The position numbers and the translations under genes are program-made. Below are positions 60,116 through 64,000 of a stretch of DNA of 64,000 bases, one piece after another (positions within the stretch are counted from its first letter, which is position 1; the number at the start of each line of letters is the position of its first letter). This stretch comes from an uncultured delta proteobacterium (lineage in GTDB: Bacteria > Desulfobacterota > Binatia > Binatales > Binataceae), in the NCBI GenBank assembly GCA_963765675.1, contig CAVXXK010000006.1, forward strand, positions 416,001 through 480,000, written 5' to 3'. Under the pieces are notes generated by a model that was not told where the DNA came from, searched no databases, and saw only the letters and a list, made by a program, of their open reading frames with translations.

Positions 60116-60409
60116 GTGGCCGACGAATTCGACAGCGAGCGTTTTCCGGGCAATTTCTACCAGGGGATGATCCTGCGCCTGGACCGCGCGCGCGGCCGCG
60201 GTATCGTGCGCTCCCACAGCGGACGCGAGGTCGAGTTCGAGTTTCCCTACGTCCAGGTGATCGGTGCGGGCCTTGGCGGCAGGATGCCGGGGATCGAGTT
60301 GCTGAACGAAGGTGACGTTATCGGCTTCGATGTGGGTTGGACCTCGAAGGGCCTGCGCGTCACGACTCTGCGCCCCCGCGCCGGCGCCGAACGGCCCCGC
60401 GAGAGGTAA
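60116..60409 (+). CDS. Cold-shock-domain-like small OB-fold protein
   Basis: Spacing G...RGRGIV...G.EV.F...LNEGD.I.F.V....KG matches CSD, but the aromatic RNP residues are degenerate. Confidence 0.6.
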   Translation: MADEFDSERFPGNFYQGMILRLDRARGRGIVRSHSGREVEFEFPYVQVIGAGLGGRMPGIELLNEGDVIGFDVGWTSKGLRVTTLRPRAGAERPRER

Positions 60410-60412
60410 TCC

Positions 60413-61057
60413 TCACGCCAACGGGCGCTTGCGCTGGAACATCCGCCACATCCGCACGCCGAGCGGAAAGATCTCGCCCATCACCTCGTAACCCTTGCTC
60501 GAATAGTAGGCGACGTTGGCCTCGGTCGCGGTCTCGAGGTACACGCCCGCCACGTCGGTGCGCTCCGCGGCCATAACGCGCAGATGCTCGAGCAGCGCCT
60601 GTCCGCAGTGTTTACGCTGATACTCCGGATCGACGCCGAGAAGATTCAGGTACAGATGCGGCTCGCGAGGATGATTGCGCGCAAGCACGTCCATGAGCTG
60701 AACCGAGCGGCGGAGTCCGCCCCACCCCACTGCGGAGACGATTCGCGGCACGTTCGGCAATCCAAAGGCCAGAAACGTCGCCATCGAGGTGTAACCCGCG
60801 CCCTCGACGACCGCGGCGCCGACCACCTTGCCCTCGTCGAGGATTCCGAACACCGGCTGTCCCATCCGGCGCTGAATCGAGAGTACGGCGCGAAACAGGC
60901 CGGTCAACCGTGTGGCGCGAGCCGCCGGATCGGTGACGTCGGGCAAAATCGCAACCAGCGGCGGGTCGTTGATAAACGCCCGTCCCAGCGCGACGGCGGC
61001 CTGCGGATACTGTTCAGGGAAAATGAACGAGACGCGCGGTTTCGAGTCCAAAGCCAT
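60413..61057 (-). CDS. GNAT family N-acetyltransferase
   Basis: HLYLNLLGVDPEYQRKHCG, YLET...NVAYY...GY. Confidence 0.9.
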   Translation of the reverse strand: MALDSKPRVSFIFPEQYPQAAVALGRAFINDPPLVAILPDVTDPAARATRLTGLFRAVLSIQRRMGQPVFGILDEGKVVGAAVVEGAGYTSMATFLAFGLPNVPRIVSAVGWGGLRRSVQLMDVLARNHPREPHLYLNLLGVDPEYQRKHCGQALLEHLRVMAAERTDVAGVYLETATEANVAYYSSKGYEVMGEIFPLGVRMWRMFQRKRPLA

Positions 61058-61136
61058 AGCCGATCACGATACACGATCGGCAGACCGCGCGCCGCAGGTG
61101 CCCGACAGAAAAAGCTCGCGATTATTTCGCTGCGAA

Positions 61137-61481
61137 CTACTGCGACACCGGCATCTGCGAAGTGCCGGTCAGCGTGAAGCTGTTGTTGGCGCCCTTGGGC
61201 AAGATGAATGAGAACAGCTTGAATGGATACGGACGGGTAATCACGACCTTCGCGTCGATTCCGGAAGGAATCTTGTTGTCAGTCGGAAACGTTACGGTGA
61301 CATCGGCGGTGCTGAGTCCGAGGTTGGTCGCGGCCGTCATCGCCGCGGTTTGGATCGCGCTCTTATCGGCGGCGATGATGCTCGCCGAGCCTGTTCCCTC
61401 TCCATGCACGATTGCGGCGCGAGTGCCCTCGCGCGCGGCCTCGCAAACCGTGTTGTAGGCTAGCATCAGCTCCGCCACCTG
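61137..61481 (-). pseudogene. 5'-truncated TadE/TadG-like pseudopilin
   Basis: QVAELMLAYNTVCEAAREGTRAAIV carries the TadE AAREG motif, but the RG...E leader/TM start is missing; an in-frame stop lies five codons upstream of the Gln. Confidence 0.65.
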
Positions 61482-61660
61482 AGGTAAGACTGTTCAAATC
61501 AGGCGGAAATTGGGGCTCTTTTTGATAGTAAACGACATTTCGCGGCTTTTTTGATCCTCACGGATCGAGGTCCGGAGGCCGTCCGGTCGCGTGTGTGCCA
61601 AAAAACCCTGTGGCTATGCCGAAATAATTCGTGGCTGCGATGCAACCCGCAGGTTCAGTG

Positions 61661-63145
61661 TCAGCCGTGCGACAGGACGCGTTTCACTGCCTGATGCCAT
61701 CCGTCGATTAGGCGATCGCGCTCGTCGGAGCGCATCCGCGGCTCGAAGATTTTGGCGCCTCGGTGAAACACCTCCAGATCGCTCTGCGACGGCCATAGCC
61801 CCGACGCCATCCCTGCCAGCATCGCGGCGCCGAGCGCGGTGGTCTCGGTCATAGCGGGTCGCCGCACAGGTTTGCCCAGGATGTCGGCCTGAAATTGCAT
61901 CAGATAGGGATTGGCGGCGGCGCCGCCGTCGGCGCGCAGTTCGGACATCGGACGCCCGGTGTCGTTCTCCATCGCAACGATCACGTCGAGCACCTGATAG
62001 GCGATACTGTCGAGCGCGGCGCGCACGATATCGGCGCGGGTGGTGCCGCGAGTGATCCCGACAATCGCCCCGCGCGCTGCGGGGTCCCAATGAGGAGCAC
62101 CCAATCCAACGAAGGCAGGCACCAGGTAGGGTTGCGAACGGTCACGGCTCTTGCGCGCGAGCTGCAGACTCTGGGAAGCCTTGCGGATAAGCCCCAGACC
62201 GTCGCGCAGCCATTGGATCGCCGCGCCGGCGATAAACACCGAGCCCTCGAGCGCATAGGCGGGTGCACCTTCGGGGCCGAGCGCGGCGGTAGTCAGCAGG
62301 CGGCTGTGCGAGGCGACTTGCTCGCGTCCGGTGTTCATCAGCAGGAAGGCACCCGTCCCGTACGTCGCTTTCGAATCGCCGGGGTTCACGGCGCCCTGCC
62401 CGAACAGCGCGGACTGCTGATCCCCGATCACCGCCGCGATCGGCATTGCGCGCGGTCCGATCGTGCCCGCCGCCGCTTCCGCCAAAGGACCGCGCGAACT
62501 CACCGGCGCCGGCAGCATCGCGCGCGGAACCTCGAGCATCGCGAGCATCTCGTCGTCCCAATCCAGCCGGGCGAGGTTAAGGAGCATCGTGCGCGAGGCG
62601 TTGGTGTAGTCGGTAACGAAATCCGCGCCGCGCGAGAGCCGGAAAATCAGCCACGTGTCGATCGTACCGAAGCACAGCTCGCCGCGCTCAGCGCGACTTC
62701 GTAGCTCGGGACGATTATCGAGCAGCCACTTGAGCTTGGTTCCGGAGAAATAGGGGTCGAGCAGCAGGCCCGTGCGCCGGACGACCTCGCTCTCGCGCTC
62801 GCGCATCGCGTCGCAGATCTCGGCGCTGCGGCGGCATTGCCAGACGATCGCGCGCGCGACGGGCTTGGCGCTCTTGCGCTCCCATACCACGAAGGTCTCG
62901 CGCTGATTGGTGATTCCGATTGCTCGGATATCGGCGGCCTTTGCGCGCGCCTTCGCAATCGCCGATTTCGAGAGCGTGAGCGTGGTGCGGTAGATCTCTT
63001 CGGCGTCATGCTCGACCCATCCGGGGTGCGGATAGAACTGCCTAATCTCGCGGTAGGCGCGACCGCGGATTTTGCCGCGCGCATCGATCACGAAGACCGT
63101 CGTGCCGGTGGTTCCCTGGTCGATTGCAAGAATGAGGTCAGCCAT
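61661..63145 (-). CDS. glpK: Glycerol kinase
   Basis: LAIDQGTT, GITNQRET, DPYFSGTK, TDYTNASRT, GDQQSALFG, TYGTG, VPAFVGLGAP.W, DGG. Confidence 0.96.
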   Translation of the reverse strand: MADLILAIDQGTTGTTVFVIDARGKIRGRAYREIRQFYPHPGWVEHDAEEIYRTTLTLSKSAIAKARAKAADIRAIGITNQRETFVVWERKSAKPVARAIVWQCRRSAEICDAMRERESEVVRRTGLLLDPYFSGTKLKWLLDNRPELRSRAERGELCFGTIDTWLIFRLSRGADFVTDYTNASRTMLLNLARLDWDDEMLAMLEVPRAMLPAPVSSRGPLAEAAAGTIGPRAMPIAAVIGDQQSALFGQGAVNPGDSKATYGTGAFLLMNTGREQVASHSRLLTTAALGPEGAPAYALEGSVFIAGAAIQWLRDGLGLIRKASQSLQLARKSRDRSQPYLVPAFVGLGAPHWDPAARGAIVGITRGTTRADIVRAALDSIAYQVLDVIVAMENDTGRPMSELRADGGAAANPYLMQFQADILGKPVRRPAMTETTALGAAMLAGMASGLWPSQSDLEVFHRGAKIFEPRMRSDERDRLIDGWHQAVKRVLSHG

Positions 63146-63224
63146 CGCGCGCCCTCGAACGCTGAGCGCCCTTGTACCGCGCGCGAAGCAGCGCGGGCAA
63201 TGGGAGAGCAATACTCAAAGAAGG

Positions 63225-63285
63225 CGGCCACGCAGACACTAAGACACGAAGAAGATCTGTTTGTGCCTTCGTGTCTTCGTGGCCG
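63225..63285. repeat. CACnAAGA-unit palindrome, copy 3 (diverged)
   Basis: CGGCCACGCAGACACTAAGACACGAAG...TTTGTGCCTTCGTGTCTTCGTGGCCG between divergent glpK and gshA. Confidence 0.8.
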
Positions 63286-63391
63286 ATTGATTTTTTCGGC
63301 AGTGGCATAATGCAACCTGCTTGCGTCGCGGCTAGTCCGGCGACATGATAGGCGCGCTTGGCGGATGGGCCTCTTTCAGGAGCCGATTGGT

Positions 63392-64000
63392 ATGTCTGAA
63401 CTGGTGGAAAAAAAAGAGGACCTGATACGCTATTTCGAGTCGGGATCAAAGCCACAAGAACAGTGGCGGGTGGGCTCCGAATACGAGAAAGTCGCGGTCT
63501 CGGCGCGCGATGGACGCGCCCTGCCCTTCTCCGGCCCGGCCGGCGTCGAGGCGATCCTTAAGCTTCTAGCCGAACGCCACGGCTACGAGCCCGAGGACGA
63601 GCACGGCAGGATTCTCGCGCTCAAGACTCCGCATGCTTCGATTACGATCGAGCCGGGCGGGCAGATCGAGCTATCGGGCGAGCAGTGCGAGACGATCCAC
63701 TGCGCGTACCGGGAATTCTCCGAGCATCACGAGCAGTTGGTCGACGCCGCGCGCGAAGTCGGCGGGGCGATCCTCGGCCTCGGGATGCAGCCCGTGAGCA
63801 AGTTCGACGAAATCGAGCTTCTGCCCAAGGCCCGCTACCACATCATGTATCCGTATATGGCGCGCAAGGGGACGCTCGGCCAGCGGATGATGAAGCAGAC
63901 CGCCGGGGTGCAGTCGAACCTCGATTACAAGAATGAAGCCGACGCGATGCGCAAGCTGCGCGTCAGCATGGGAATCGTGCCGATTCTCTACGCGATCTTC
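63392..64000 (+). CDS. gshA: Glutamate--cysteine ligase (GCS2, plant/alphaproteobacterial type), runs off window
   Basis: MSELVEKKEDLIRYFESGSKPQEQWRVGSEYEK, ITIEPGGQIELSG, PKARY.IM..YM, MMKQTAGVQSNLDY. Confidence 0.92.
   Translation, partial: MSELVEKKEDLIRYFESGSKPQEQWRVGSEYEKVAVSARDGRALPFSGPAGVEAILKLLAERHGYEPEDEHGRILALKTPHASITIEPGGQIELSGEQCETIHCAYREFSEHHEQLVDAAREVGGAILGLGMQPVSKFDEIELLPKARYHIMYPYMARKGTLGQRMMKQTAGVQSNLDYKNEADAMRKLRVSMGIVPILYAIF

Noticed and set aside
63407-63415. A8 tract at the start of gshA as a frameshift or phase-variation site
   Set aside because: It reads in frame (GAA AAA AAA GAG) and there is no evidence of variation.

Overview
GC-rich bacterial chromosomal window made mostly of housekeeping and lipid-metabolism genes; the gene style suggests a Binatota/Deltaproteobacteria-like soil organism (inference, not checked). 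It contains an EF-G paralog, birA, nadC, valS, tRNA-Leu(CAG), glycosyltransferases, gcvH, ald, hisS-aspS, thiolase/DUF35, comEC, two TetR modules, phosphoketolase, a porin, uvrB, OmpA, an acyl-CoA dehydrogenase pair, pgeF, uvrA, TolC, a CoA-transferase, comF, purMN, grxC, glpK and gshA. No CRISPR array, prophage, rRNA or canonical transposase was seen. The best candidate for an undescribed system is a 94-aa GIY-YIG nuclease gene bracketed by a perfect 39-bp inverted repeat (3575-3975). Gene-less copies with the same termini and orientation sit at 28290-28605, and the cassette lies next to a valS 3' segment whose codon usage collapses. Also notable are a second palindromic repeat family (3 copies, two bracketing a hydrolase/TetR module), sigma54-preceded tandem His/Trp-rich secreted paralogs, and an EF-G with degenerate GTPase motifs. 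Three single-base frameshifts (birA, DUF35, hydrolase) are probably assembly errors. All calls come from reading motifs by eye; no database searches were run.
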